Shown here in pieces: positions 1 to 10,430 of a stretch of 19,393 nucleotides of DNA. The stretch spans positions 76,779 through 96,171 of the forward strand of contig MU053164.1 in the NCBI GenBank assembly GCA_013239625.1. Direction: 5' to 3'. The stretch's first letter is position 1. Every line of letters begins with the position of its first letter. The notes beneath the pieces were generated by a model. The model ran no database searches and had not been told where the DNA came from. It was given only the letters and a program-made list of their open reading frames with translations. This DNA is from Lama guanicoe. Taxonomy: Eukaryota. Both the position numbers and the translations under genes were made by a program.

Positions 1-139
1 AAAAAAAATCTATTCTGGTTATGAGGATATCTCATAAGCTAACTTTCCTGCTGAAAGGAAGAGTACTCTTGAGTTCTGGGTTTTCTACACCAAGCATGAG
101 TCTCCCTTATTTCTGAGCCATTTCTTGGTATAAATCCTT

Positions 140-170
140 TGTGTGTGTGTGTGTATGTTCATGTGTGTGT
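140..170. repeat. Interrupted (TG)n microsatellite
   Basis: tgtgtgtgtgtgtgt-atgttca-tgtgtgtgt read directly. Confidence 0.85.
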
Positions 171-979
171 TTAAGTAAACTCCTTAAGCTTCAGTTCTGC
201 ATGATGTCAGTGTGTGATAGAATTTGTAGAAGGCTCTAGGGTGTGATTTGGAAAATTTTGTTTCCGAATCCTCAAAAAATATACACAGGATGGTATTAGA
301 TATATATTGTTACTTAATTTGTACAGCATGTGTGCTCATTGTGTAGTGCCAGAGTGCACATACGTACGTAGGAAGATAGTTCAAAGTGCTTCTCTAATAT
401 ATTTTAATTTGTTAAGGCAAAGTAAATACGTTTTCTGGAGTTTGGCCTTATATGACAATGTGAGATGCAGGTTTGGGAGATGTTGAGGTTTAAATGCTAG
501 TTGTTTTATCTAGGTTTGATTTTTAGATTACAGCAACTTGGAATTCAGTTTAGAACTCCTCACAGCCTCTTGATCTGCTGTGAGGAGTGAATAAATTAGC
601 TAAAAACCTATACTTGTGAGGCAGGCCCATTACTTTGAGCAAGTAAAATAGATATTTTAAAGAAATACTCCATCTTTCCCAGGTCACAGAGATGGTGATT
701 ATTACAGCCTAAAATTTTTAGAGGGAAAGGAAACATTCTATCTTTGCCCCAAGAATGAGATGACTAAGAAGCAGAGAATCTTCAAAATACATGAACACAG
801 AGAAGCTTACTGCTTGAAGGCACAGCAAATGAATAGAGGGGGAGGAAAGCCAGAGATGAGCTAATTCAAGCAATAAATTGAATCACAAGGAGTTTAGAGA
901 AAATTGAGAAAAGGGAAAGAGTGTGGCCAGAGGGAGATAGAAGTGTTACAAATGATATAAATGCTAGTCAGACAGTGTA

Positions 980-1075
980 ATTTTTATTGCCAGGTACTGT
1001 TCTAGACCCTAGGATACAAGGTAAAAAAGGATAGCTTGTTTCTGTCCTCAAGTACTTTAAAATAACTTGGGAAAA
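980..1075 (-). mobile_element. L2 LINE 3' fragment
   Basis: tgccaggtactgttctagaccctaggataca...ctgtcctcaag resembles the antisense L2 3' end (tgccaggcactgttctagg...ggataca...cctgccctcaaggagct). Confidence 0.6.
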
Positions 1076-1104
1076 TTAGGCTGCAGAGAAGAAGGGGAGC
1101 AGTG

Positions 1105-1235
1105 AACACCCACTGGGCACTTAACTGTTGCCTCCATGCACTGGTGATCTGCACATTGTTTTATTTCATTTAATGTTCACTATATCCTATGTGGTGGGTA
1201 CCTTCAGAACCTCACTCTGACTCCAGGCTCTTTTT
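1105..1235 (-). mobile_element. MIR SINE fragment
   Basis: gcacttaactgt...atttcatttaatgttcac...cctatgtggtgggtac...tctgactccaggctc resembles the antisense MIR core. Confidence 0.6.
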
Positions 1236-2859
1236 TTCACCCTTTCATCTTAAAATAGTTTCCATAATAAAGCAGACACAAGGCGTGTACATGAGGACCT
1301 ATCCAAACCTTACTAATTTATTGTGTCTCAGTTAAATATCTCTAAGAAAATCCCCTCTCCCCTCCAAGTGTCTTCCAACAGGGACACCTGCCGATGCCAC
1401 ACAAGCACTCAGAGCTGTGGCAGTGGACAGAGCAGCAATTGGAACTGTAAGAGGGGGACAAGCAAACAGAGCCCCCCTCAGCTGGGCTGGGTCTGAGGGA
1501 TGCTCTGACCTATGGCTCTACCTATCCTGGCGTCCAACACAGGCCAGAGGTGATAGACAAAGTCAGAGGAGCTGATTTCAGTCAAGGCAGCTCTCTGCAC
1601 CCTGTCGCACTAGATCAACCAGTGGTTGGTCTGGTGTCATGTAGACAAAACAACTATTTGATGAGTGAGTCTTTCACTTCCCACAGCTCAAGTCAGCATG
1701 AGTCTAGGGTGGTGCCTGCCAAGTAGTGGGCAAATTGTGGCCCCAAACATGTTGCTGTTTGCCATGCTGGAGGCGGCCCCACATTCCCACTGCCCTCAGA
1801 GGGGTTTGGTTTGGAGCTGGGGGCAACAGAAGGAAGCTAAGACTGGGAAACTGACAACTAGGATGGGGCTAACCTGAAAAGGTCTCAGGGGTTTCCCAAG
1901 TTTAGTTACCCTCTTGTCCAGAGTGGGGTTGGCAGAGACCTTGGCCTCACCCCAGCGTGTGCCTGTGTGTGCCTGACCAGGCTGTAACAAAGGCTTTCTC
2001 GGAATCTGAGGTTAAGAAAGATGAAGGGCAGGGGCCGCCTGTCTGTCTGCAATGGTCATATTACATAATAATAGCTTTCTCTGATCTTTCTTCTGCCTGT
2101 TCGTGGTTTCTCTACTTCCCTTCAACTTTGTAACGTGACACCCAGCTGCTGGCTTCTTACCTCTGCTACCTGCCCCCACCTCCCAAATCTCAGATTCACA
2201 CAGAGAACAGAGACCCCTCCTGTTTTGAAGCCTGGAGGATCACACCAGTTCCCTTACAATCCCTCTGTTTGCTGGACTCATTGTTTAGTGATGCTGTAGC
2301 CAGTTGAGGGCCATTCATCCTGCCTCCATGTCTCCCTTTCCCAGTTTAGTCTAAGGTTACTGTGCTGGAAAAATCTGAGCAAAGTCGTAATGTGAGAATG
2401 TATCCCTAGTCCCTGAAGTTCAGGTTTTCTGTGGCTTTAAATATCACCTTGGGTTTTTGGGTTTTTTTTTTTAACTAATTTTTCTTTGTATGAACTTTCC
2501 TAACACTTAAGTATAGCTAAGGTTAAAAGTATATGATATAATTAAGAAGAAGGTGATTACATCTTATCCGTAAATGAAATATTTTGATGATGACCTACCA
2601 TTCTATTACATAGGAAGAATTTGTAAAATATATGTATTTTCAAGGAAGAGTTAGCCTTGCTTTTCTAAATTTATGTGTTTTTTTCTGTGAGATTGGGTTC
2701 TGAGAGCCAGCCTTTCAGTTGAATACTTTGATACACATGGTCTAATCTTTTTTTCAAAGATTAGCTTCATGTAGCTTTAATATTTATATAGTTTCTTTGT
2801 CTAGAAGTATTACTTTAATTGAACTAAGCTCTGAATACATGAGGAAAAGAAGAGGATCG

Positions 2860-3065
2860 CAGTGCCAGGAAAGTGCTGCCTGGTTGGGCACTGGACTAGG
2901 ATTCAGAGAATGACTACTCACCGAGGGGTCCTGAGAAGTCAGTCCCCATGGGCTTTGAAGTGGGTTTAATAATAATACCACATCTGGTTGGGTTGTTGAG
3001 AAAACTGAACTGCATGAGGGATGTGAAAGTGCTTGGAAGCCCCAAATCACTGTATATTTCTATTA
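2860..3065 (+). mobile_element. MIR SINE (degenerate)
   Basis: gcactggactaggattcaga (5' part) and aataataatacc...gggttgttgagaa...atgtgaaagtgcttgg (3' part). Confidence 0.6.
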
Positions 3066-3451
3066 TGTCCTGCTATTTTTGCAGCAGAAAAAATTGGATT
3101 ATTTGTCTTATTATTGAGTTGAAAGAGTTTATTATGCATCCTGTATACAAAGCCTTTATTAGACATATTATCTGCAGTTGTTCTGTCCCTGACTGTGGCT
3201 TGTCTTTTCATTTTTTTAATAATGCTTTTTGAAAAGCATATGCTTTTTTTTTTAGAAAGTTCAATTTATTGTTTCTTCCTGTTTTGTAGCCTATACTTTT
3301 GATGAGTTATTTAGAAATAATTACCAAATCCAAGGTTATGAGGATTTACTCTTATGTCTTCTTTCAAGAGTTCAAGAGTTTCATTTATTGCAGTTAGATA
3401 TATTATCCATTTTGTTAATTTTTATATATGTTATGAAGTAAGGATCTAAGT

Positions 3452-3655
3452 CAGAGGTTGGCAGACTTTCTCTGTACGGGGCCATCGGGCTTTGTGGGCT
3501 GGACAGCATCTGTCCCAGCTCCTCACCTGTGCTGTTGTAGCATGAAGCAGTCATGGACAGTATGCAAACAGATATGACTGTGTTTCAAAAAAGTTTATTT
3601 GCAAAAGGAGGCAGCAGACTGGATTTACTTTATGGGGGTAGTTTGTTGATCTGTG
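3452..3655 (-). mobile_element. MER58A hAT-Charlie non-autonomous DNA transposon inserted in the L1
   Basis: Ends cagaggttggcagactt... and ...gtagtttgttgatctgtg. Internal aagtttatttgcaaaa. Degenerate 8-bp TSD atctaagt (3444-3451) / gtctaaat (3656-3663) resembling the NTCTAGAN target. Confidence 0.9.
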
Positions 3656-3970
3656 GTCTAAATATTACTTTTTGCAGGTAGATATCCAATTGCCCCAGCT
3701 CCATTTGCTGGAAAAGATTATCTTTTCCCTATTGAATTGCCTTAATTTCTTTGTTGAAAATCTATTGACCATAATGAAGCACTATTTCTGGACTCTCTGC
3801 TGTGTTCCATTGAGTGGCATGTCTATCCTTTTGCCAGTACTACACTTTCTTGATAACTGTAGCTTTGTAGTAAGTTTTAAAATCAAGAAGTACAAATTTC
3901 AGCATTATTTTGACCATTCTAAATTGTCTGCATTTCCATATAGATTTTAGGGTCGATCTATCAATTTCTG

Positions 3971-4000
3971 CAAAAACAAAACAAAACAAAAAAACAAAAC
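3971..4000. repeat. (CAAAA)n A-rich microsatellite inside the L1
   Basis: caaaaacaaaacaaaacaaaaaaacaaaac. Confidence 0.8.
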
Positions 4001-4031
4001 TGATCTAAGATTTTCTCAGAGATTAGTGAAT

Positions 4032-4262
4032 GCCTCCGCCCACCTTCAGACCACAGGACGGGCTGGCACTCCAGAGAGACCCCCAAGCTGCAGCCTATCC
4101 CTCTGTCTCTGTTAGACTGATCTCCAAATTGTATTTTCATTGTTTAGAGTTTGGGCCTGTGAAATTAGAACTCATAAGTAGGTTCAAGAATTTCTTCCAG
4201 GACAAATTTGAGGTCCTCTGAACTTCTGTGCCCCTAAACCTAACCCTAACCCTAAACCTAAC
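4032..4262. other. 231-bp insertion of unrecognised sequence ending in telomere-like repeats, flanked by a 9-bp TSD
   Basis: TTAGTGAAT (4023-4031) and TTAGTGAGT (4263-4271) flank it. Removing it rejoins the L1 as ...gattagtgaatctatagatc..., matching the L1 motif ttgaatctatagatc. Confidence 0.8.
4232..4262. repeat. Short interstitial telomere-like tract CCCTAA-ACCTAA-CCCTAA-CCCTAA-ACCTAA-C
   Basis: Read directly: 3 canonical and 2 variant hexamers in register. Confidence 0.9.
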
Positions 4263-4379
4263 TTAGTGAGTCTATAGATCGATTTGAGAGAATTTCCATT
4301 TTAACAATATGGGTTCTTCCAATTGATAAAATTGGAAACTATATCAATTTATTTAGATCTCCTTTAATTACTTTCTGTT

Positions 4380-4528
4380 AAGAAAACAATAGCAATAAAC
4401 CACATTATCACCTCAATAGAAAAATACATTTGACAAATCTAATATTCATTTATGATGAAACCTGTCAAAAACCTTGGAATAGAAGAGAAATTCATTAGCT
4501 GGATAAAAGCCCTCTTTAAAAAATCCTG
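4380..4528 (+). mobile_element. L1 ORF2 reverse-transcriptase-region fragment, sense orientation
   Basis: aaccacattatcacctcaatagaaaaatacatttgacaaatctaatattcatttatgatgaaa...ggaatagaag is a decayed match to the L1 segment encoding [23 protein letters not shown]...LGIEG. Confidence 0.8.
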
Positions 4529-4929
4529 TCTTCTGAAGCAGCATGGAGATTTTTAGAAACAAGGAGCCAGGGGCCCACTCCCTAAAAGAATGAATCAGAG
4601 CCTCTGGCCAGGATCCCACCTTGGCTAGTGGTCTCTAGTCAGGAAACACGGACAGCGAAGCGCACAAGGAAGGACTGGGACACCCCGGAAGCGGGGGGGT
4701 GTGGGCAAAGGTCCGCAAGGCTCAGTCTTGTTTGGTTACTGCCAGCAGGGACTCTTCCTGCAGGGTCAGGAGCTGTGGACTCAGTGACTCAGGGGTCCTA
4801 GATACATGTCCTTTTGTAACAGGCACAACTGTTCTGCTGTACATTGATTGCTAACATTTTAAAGGCATGGTAGGTAGAGTCCACACATCTGAGGGAGGGG
4901 TCACCCCCCCACTTCTTATTTATGTCCAT

Positions 4930-5110
4930 TTAAGCTCTAAGCATTTTGGCCTACGTTATCACATCCCAATCCTCACAGCTCTTCCAAGTCAGCAGGTCAG
5001 GCTGCATTACGTATTTTCAAAAGAGACATCTTTTAATGCTTAGAGAAAGAAAATGTGTTGCCCCTGGGCCCGCAGTCTGGGGGTCATGCTGAGACTGGCC
5101 CCAGGCTCTG
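4930..5110 (-). mobile_element. MIR SINE (degenerate)
   Basis: ctaagcatttt...aatcctcacagc...tattttca...gcttagaga...ttgccc resembles antisense MIR. Confidence 0.5.
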
Positions 5111-5254
5111 AGGCAGGGAGGTAAATGGACCTTGCAGTTTCTTCATTCTCAGTTTGTCAGGGGAGGGAAGTACAAGGGGATTTAGAGGACAAAGCTTGCC
5201 CAAAGTGTGTGCCTTTGCTGGGGCATCCTGGAGAACTGGGGTAACTGGATGAAG

Positions 5255-5345
5255 TCAGAGCCACAACTGGAAAGCAGATCACCCAGTTCTAGACCCAGCC
5301 CTGCTGTGGTCCAGTGTGGTCCTGGGCGAGTCCCTTCCCCTTCTC
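5255..5345 (+). mobile_element. MIR 5' fragment
   Basis: agttctagacccagccctgct...tgtggtcctgggcgagtcccttccccttctc. Confidence 0.45.
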
Positions 5346-5780
5346 CCACCCCAGACCTCCTTGTCCTTAATGCAGGAAGAACTGCGTGGCTGACCTCTAA
5401 GGTGTAGGCTGGCACCAGGATGCAGATTCTTTCTGTTCATCTTCATTCTGCTTGGTTTCTATGGATTATGCTTTTGGAAAATGAATCAATTTGATTTCTT
5501 ATTGTAAATACTTCATTTTCCTTTATATAATTGCCAGTGAATATGAAGGACTTTATTTTCCATGCCAAGCCACAGTGCCTGTTACTTGACCCCCCCAAAG
5601 TGGCAACTTTAACCTCCCGATGACTGCTGTTAGAGACAAATGCAGAGGGTGGGGGAGGCACCAAGCCAGACAGTATCAGGACATCATCTCAATCCTCACC
5701 TAGGCTTTGAATCATCTTTGAATCATCTTTTGAGTGGGTTTCCAATGGTCTAAGTCAGCCCATGGACTCAACACCCCATC

Positions 5781-5970
5781 ATAATAATGTTCATTAAGCA
5801 TTTATTATGTGCCAGGCACTATTCTCCATGCTTTTCATACATTTGTTAATTTAATCCTTATAACAACTCTATTAAGTTATTGTTATTCTCATTTCAAACC
5901 AGTGAATATGAAGGCACAGACAGGGTAGGTAACTTGTCCCAGACCACACAGCAAGTGGTAGGAGCCCAGA
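5781..5970 (-). mobile_element. MIR SINE
   Basis: ttaagcatttattatgtgccaggcactattct...atttaatccttataacaactctat...aggcacagacagggtaggtaacttgtcccagaccacacagc. Confidence 0.85.
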
Positions 5971-6519
5971 GCTAGACAAGGCCCATGGTTACCAGTAAGA
6001 AACTGGAGAGGAAGCAAAGAGCATTAAGATGCAGATGTCTCCACGGACAGTGCTCCATCCCATGCCTGGTAAAATGGGGGTGACAGAGCCAGGTAGGTTC
6101 AGAAAATCTGAGAGCAATGAAGATATGGCAACAACTGAAGTGGAAATGTCTGAGTGGGGTGTGCAGGCAGGCAGGGGTCGGTGAGATCAGCAAGTGCCCA
6201 TGCCCAGCAGAGCAGGCAGGCACCTGTGTGTGCAAGGGCAGCCCTGAAGGAAACGGCGAGTTATCCAGCCTGAGGAACCCCTTGTACAGGGACAGGAGAA
6301 AGTCAGAGGAACCACGAGCTGACTGAGAGTGTTTCCACCAGGCAGGGGAACCAAGACTTAGAGCAAAGGTTAGTTACAAAAAGATCGTTACTTTTTTTGC
6401 ACGTGGGATTTTGTGGATTGAAATTTGTACCCTTTATTTTAAATAGGATTTTAAAACATGAAATATGGATCCCATTTTCAAGTTACTCCCAATCTAGGCA
6501 GGAAACAACTGTACCATAA

Positions 6520-6690
6520 GGGCCAGAGCCCTGGGTGTGCAAGGTCACAAGGCCTGACCTCAAGACCAGTTCCCCTACTTTCCAAAGTGATCTAAGCTTT
6601 GGGGTCCTTCATCTGTAAAATGGACACATGGCAGTAACTCACCAGGTACTGGGTATATTAAGTGAAAGGCATGTGAAGGACAGCAGGAAA
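6520..6690 (+). mobile_element. MIR SINE (degenerate)
   Basis: MIR core ccttcatctgtaaaatgg, followed by attaagtga...catgtgaag. Confidence 0.55.
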
Positions 6691-7129
6691 CTCTGTTTGC
6701 ATTGGGGCAGGCTCTGACACCTTGTAAGTGGATTTTTCTTTCTCTTTTTAGAAAATTAAATAAAATAATGCCAATAAAGCTCTTGTTGCAAAGTAGAACT
6801 TTAATAAATGTTAATTGCCTTCTCTTAAAAAAAAAACCCCCACCTTTTGCCCTTGATAGCAGACACTATAAATGCACCCACTCAAATCCCCTTCATTGGG
6901 TCTGTGAGTCCTCTTCAGTTTCTGTGTGCTTTGCTTTTAAAGGCTTGCATCTGTGATCTTCAGAAGGCTGCTCCGGGCTGCTAGAGCCATTTCCTCTCCA
7001 AACTACTCACCTCTGCAAAGCAGGAGGTGCCCGGGAGTTGATGTCCACCACTCTTCACACTCACATATGCACTTGCACTCACACAGGCAGCCAGCAGCTA
7101 GTGACTGACTTGTGCAGGAGATGCACACT

Positions 7130-7326
7130 CTGAGATGTAACGTACATGCCAGAGCTACCCCAAAGATCGGACTGAGGTTGGAATCGCTTCAAAACTCACC
7201 CTTGCTTGACTCCTTCCCCTCCCCTGTTCTCCTACCCCTCCCACCTCCTGCACTTTTCTCTCCTAATAAGTCACTTGCACACAAACCCCCACCTGAGGCC
7301 CGCTTCTAGGGAACCAGACTAAGACA
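7130..7326 (+). mobile_element. LTR16-family (ERVL) LTR, 3' portion
   Basis: ccagagctacccc...ggactgaggttg...cccttgcttgactccttcccctcccct...ctaataagtcacttgcacac...gcttctagggaaccagactaagaca matches the LTR16 3' end. Confidence 0.8.
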
Positions 7327-7331
7327 CTCAG

Positions 7332-7660
7332 GGCTATGGACTGAATGTCTGTGTCCCCCCACATATAGGATTTATTTGTTGAAACTGTAACCCCCCGGGG
7401 AACTGTATTAGGAGATGAAGCCTTTGGGAAATGCTCAGGTCATGAGGGTGGAGCCCTCATGAGTGGGGTCAGTGCCCCTATAACAGGGATCCCAGAGCAC
7501 CCCCTCGCCCCTCCCACCGGGTAAGGACACTGCAAGAAGACAGCCATCTGTGAACCAGGAGGCAGATCATCTTGAACTTCCCAGCCTCCAGAACTGTGAG
7601 AGGTAAATGTTTGTTGTTTACAGTACCCAACCTCTGGTAGGTTGGTTGTCTAAGCTATGC
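7332..7660 (+). mobile_element. MLT1A-like MaLR solo LTR
   Basis: gctatggactgaatgtctgtgtccccc...aggtcatgagggtggagccctcatga...atcttgaacttcccagcctccagaactgtgaga...aaatgtttgttgttta. Confidence 0.9.
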
Positions 7661-7879
7661 TGCCTGAACATCATGGAAGTCTGCTGAATCCCTCATGGTG
7701 CAGCGGAGCTGAGTTCTGCACCCCAGCTGTCGAGTGGCATGGGGGAGGTGGCAGGTGGAGATGCCTACCGCTGGGCAAGACAGAGTAGGGGGAGGAGAGA
7801 CCAGGACCAAGGAGAAGGTTTGCTGACAGAAATCCCTCCCTCTCTCTCCATGCCTCCTGACACCAAATTTTAAACCCCT

Positions 7880-8287
7880 TCATGGGAACTGTGGGGGAGC
7901 CATTCCTGGTTTTTGTAGAGAGAAGTGATGTGGTTCACCATTTGTATCAGAAAGTTGGCTTTGGGGGTAACATGATGACTCTATTGGAAATACCAGAGGC
8001 AAAAGAAAGGAAGGCCTGTTGAAAGACTATTGCAGCAATACTGAAGACAAATGACAAAGGGTAGCCGCAGTAGGGATAAGCAGTACTGAACTGTGATGAG
8101 ATTAATGAGAAGGGGCAGAATAAACAGAACCTGGAGATCCATCACATGCCTGTAGACCAGGGATAAGCGGGTTGGACCATGCCTGTGCTGCTGGGTATAT
8201 GAAGGAGGGGAAGAGGATAATGAGCAAGTTTGGGACAGAAGATAATTCATGGATGTGTTGTATTAACTTGATAGTGAGATATCCAGC
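7880..8287 (-). mobile_element. L2 LINE internal fragment
   Basis: gagaagtgatgtgg...gactattgcagcaata...aagtttggg...gagatatccag, purine-rich antisense L2 pattern. Confidence 0.6.
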
Positions 8288-8644
8288 TGTGTCAGCTACT
8301 GCCACAAAAATGCTGTGTAACAAGCCACCCCAGACTCAGTTACTTAAATCAATTGTCATTTCTTCTTCTTCATGTTTGCAGGTTAAATGGCTGTCAGCTG
8401 ATCTAGACTGAGCTGTTCCATGTTTGTCTTATCCTTGGACCAGTGCTCTATCCAAGGTATATTCTCATGGCAATGACAGAAGCCTATGAGGGCAAGCGGA
8501 AATACATAAGCACGTGTCAAGTCTCTGTTTGTCCTACATCTGCTAACAGCCATTAGCTAAAAGAAGTTTCATAGTTGAGCCCAAAATCAAGGGGCAAGAG
8601 GAAGGGAGAAAGGAGAAACTAACCACCAAACAATAATCAAATCC
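8288..8644 (-). mobile_element. Old MLT1 (J/K/L-like) MaLR LTR
   Basis: tgtgtcagctactgccacaaaaatgctgtgtaacaagccacccc...ttctcatggcaatgacagaag...acatctgctaaca...gagcccaaaatcaagggg. Confidence 0.75.
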
Positions 8645-8800
8645 AGCCATGAGCAAACTGTAATCTGTAGGTCAAGTCCAGGCTATTGCCTGTTTTTATA
8701 AACAAAGTTTTATTGCAATGCAGTCATGCCCATTTGTTTCTGTTGCCTCTGGGTGCTTTCACGCTACAGGGGCAGAGCTGAGTAGTGCAACAGAGAGACT
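8645..8800 (+). mobile_element. MER58A hAT-Charlie fragment
   Basis: gcctgtttttataaacaaagttttattg...gctttcacgctacaggggcagagctgagtagtgcaacagagagac. Opposite orientation to the copy at 3452. Confidence 0.85.
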
Positions 8801-9206
8801 TGGGTTGTTCTAGAAGTGTACATAAACGGAATCATACTGTCTGGATTCTTTCATTCAGCATGATTGTTTTGCGGTCATCCATGTTGTATTAGTGGTTTTT
8901 CCTCTTTAATTGTTGGGTAGCATTCTATTGTATGGTTATAGTATAATTTGTTCATCCATTCACCTGTTAATGGACATTGGGGCTGCTTCCACTTTTTGGC
9001 TATCACAAGTAAAGCTCTGTGAGCATGCAGACAGAACACTTGGTGTGGACATGCGCTTTCATGTCTCTCTCAAAGTAGAATGACTGGATCATATTTTATT
9101 ACATTTTTCTCCTTCATCCCTAATCTTTACTCTTGCTCTCCCTTAAGCACCCACTCTGATACATTCCTTTAACCATGAACATATCCTCTTAAAATGCTCA
9201 GAGCTG

Positions 9207-9241
<35 letters not shown>

Positions 9242-9740
9242 GGTGGCAGGGATGGTTAACTTACGTACACAGTACTAGGCTGTAAATCTAGTTCTGTTTC
9301 TTACTTGTTTCACTTGACCTTACTCTTTGAGCTCCACTCTGCATCCTCTGCAATTAAAAGCTTGTTGCTTCTAACTGCTGTGCAGCATTCATGGTGTGTC
9401 CCCACCACTTTACTTATCCCTCCCTTTGCTGGCCTGACTGCTTCCTCACTGCCTGACCAACCAGTTACCTGCCTGGGCTCCACCAGTGCTCCAGCCCCCA
9501 CCTCCCCACATCCTGGCCCACACTGGGTACCTACCCAATTTGCAAATCTTTGCCATTCTGATGGGTGTCAAGTAATACCGTGTTTCAGTGTATGTTTATC
9601 TTATTACTAATGAGACTGAGTATCTTTTCAAATACCCATTGGCTCTTAGGACCTCTCTTTCTGGGAATTACCATTTAATATTCTTTGCTTGTCAAACTTT
9701 GTTCTTCCTGGCTTGTCCTTACTGATAGGCAGGAGCTCTT
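8801..9740 (-). mobile_element. Old L1 (L1MC/ME-type) 3' fragments
   Basis: aacggaatcatac...cattcagcatg...catccattcacctgttaatggacattggggctgcttccactttttggctat, and ttgccattctgatgggtg...ttattactaatgagactgagtatcttttca. Confidence 0.75.
9210..9239. repeat. (TG)15 microsatellite
   Basis: Perfect dinucleotide run. Confidence 0.95.
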
Positions 9741-9744
9741 TTTT

Positions 9745-10430
9745 CTGGTTTGTTTGAATCAAGACATAACTTTCATAAAGTGAAGTGCACAGATCTTTAG
9801 TGTGGAACGTGACTAGTTCTTACATATGTTTACATCAGTGTAACCACTGCCCAGATCAAGACTTAGAGCAGTCCTAGCCTTCACAAAGGCTCCCTGTGGT
9901 CCCCTGGTCAAGTATCTCTTAAGGTAGCAGCTATTCTGACCTCTATCACCTTAGGTCAGTTTTCCTGTCCCAAAATTTCATATCAATGGAATTAAACAAT
10001 ATGTACTTTTTTCTCTGAATAGTGTCTGTAAGACCCGTCTATGTTGTTTGCAGCATTAAGTCAGTCTTCTTTATTGCTGCATGATATTCCACCGTGTGCC
10101 TACGCCACAATTATTCACCCTTTTGCTTGATGATGGACATTGGGTTGTTTCCAGTCTGGGGTTATTATATATGAATAAAGCTTCTATAAACATTCTTGAA
10201 CATGCCTTATGTTGGGTATAAGCACTCAGTGCAGTTGAGGGTGGAATTGTTGCATCATGGGGATTTTTGCAGGTTTAGCTTTAATGGACACTTGCAAACA
10301 TTTTCTAAAGTGTTCATACCAATTTACACTCCTACCAGTAGTGTGGGAAAATTCCAGTTGCTCCTCATCCCTGACAATACTTGATATTTTCAGTTTTTTT
10401 TAATTGTAGCCATTCTGGTGGGTTTTGTAA
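9745..10430 (-). mobile_element. Old L1 (L1MC/MD/ME-type) 3' end
   Basis: aagtgcacagatctt...tgtaaccactgcccagatcaaga...ctattctgacctctatcacc...gatggacattgggttgtttccagt...ataccaatttacactcctaccag...tgtagccattctggtggg. Confidence 0.85.

Larger units (their letters stand above)
3085..4375 (-). mobile_element. Old L1 (L1M-type) ORF2 3' region, antisense, interrupted by MER58A and by a 231-bp insertion
   Basis: Typical antisense L1 motifs: gatatccaattgccccagctccatttgctggaaa, ctgtagctttgtagtaagttttaaaatcaag, tctatagatcgatttg...ttaacaatat...tttatttagatctcctttaatt. No intact ORF. Confidence 0.9.

Noticed and set aside
361..370. Palindrome TACGTACGTA
   Set aside because: Too short, explained by 4-bp slippage
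2948..3950. ORFs 2948-3232 and 3672-3950
   Set aside because: Chance frames in MIR and antisense L1 sequence
4070..4095. gagagaccc...gctgcag resembling antisense TERC 3' domain (TERC-ITS idea)
   Set aside because: Only about 9 contiguous matches to my recollection of human TERC, and the rest of the insert is AT-rich and unlike TERC. It needs a real alignment and is not supportable now
4030..4221. 63-aa ORF coinciding with the 231-bp insertion
   Set aside because: The ATG is created at the TSD junction, and the peptide is short and unrecognisable
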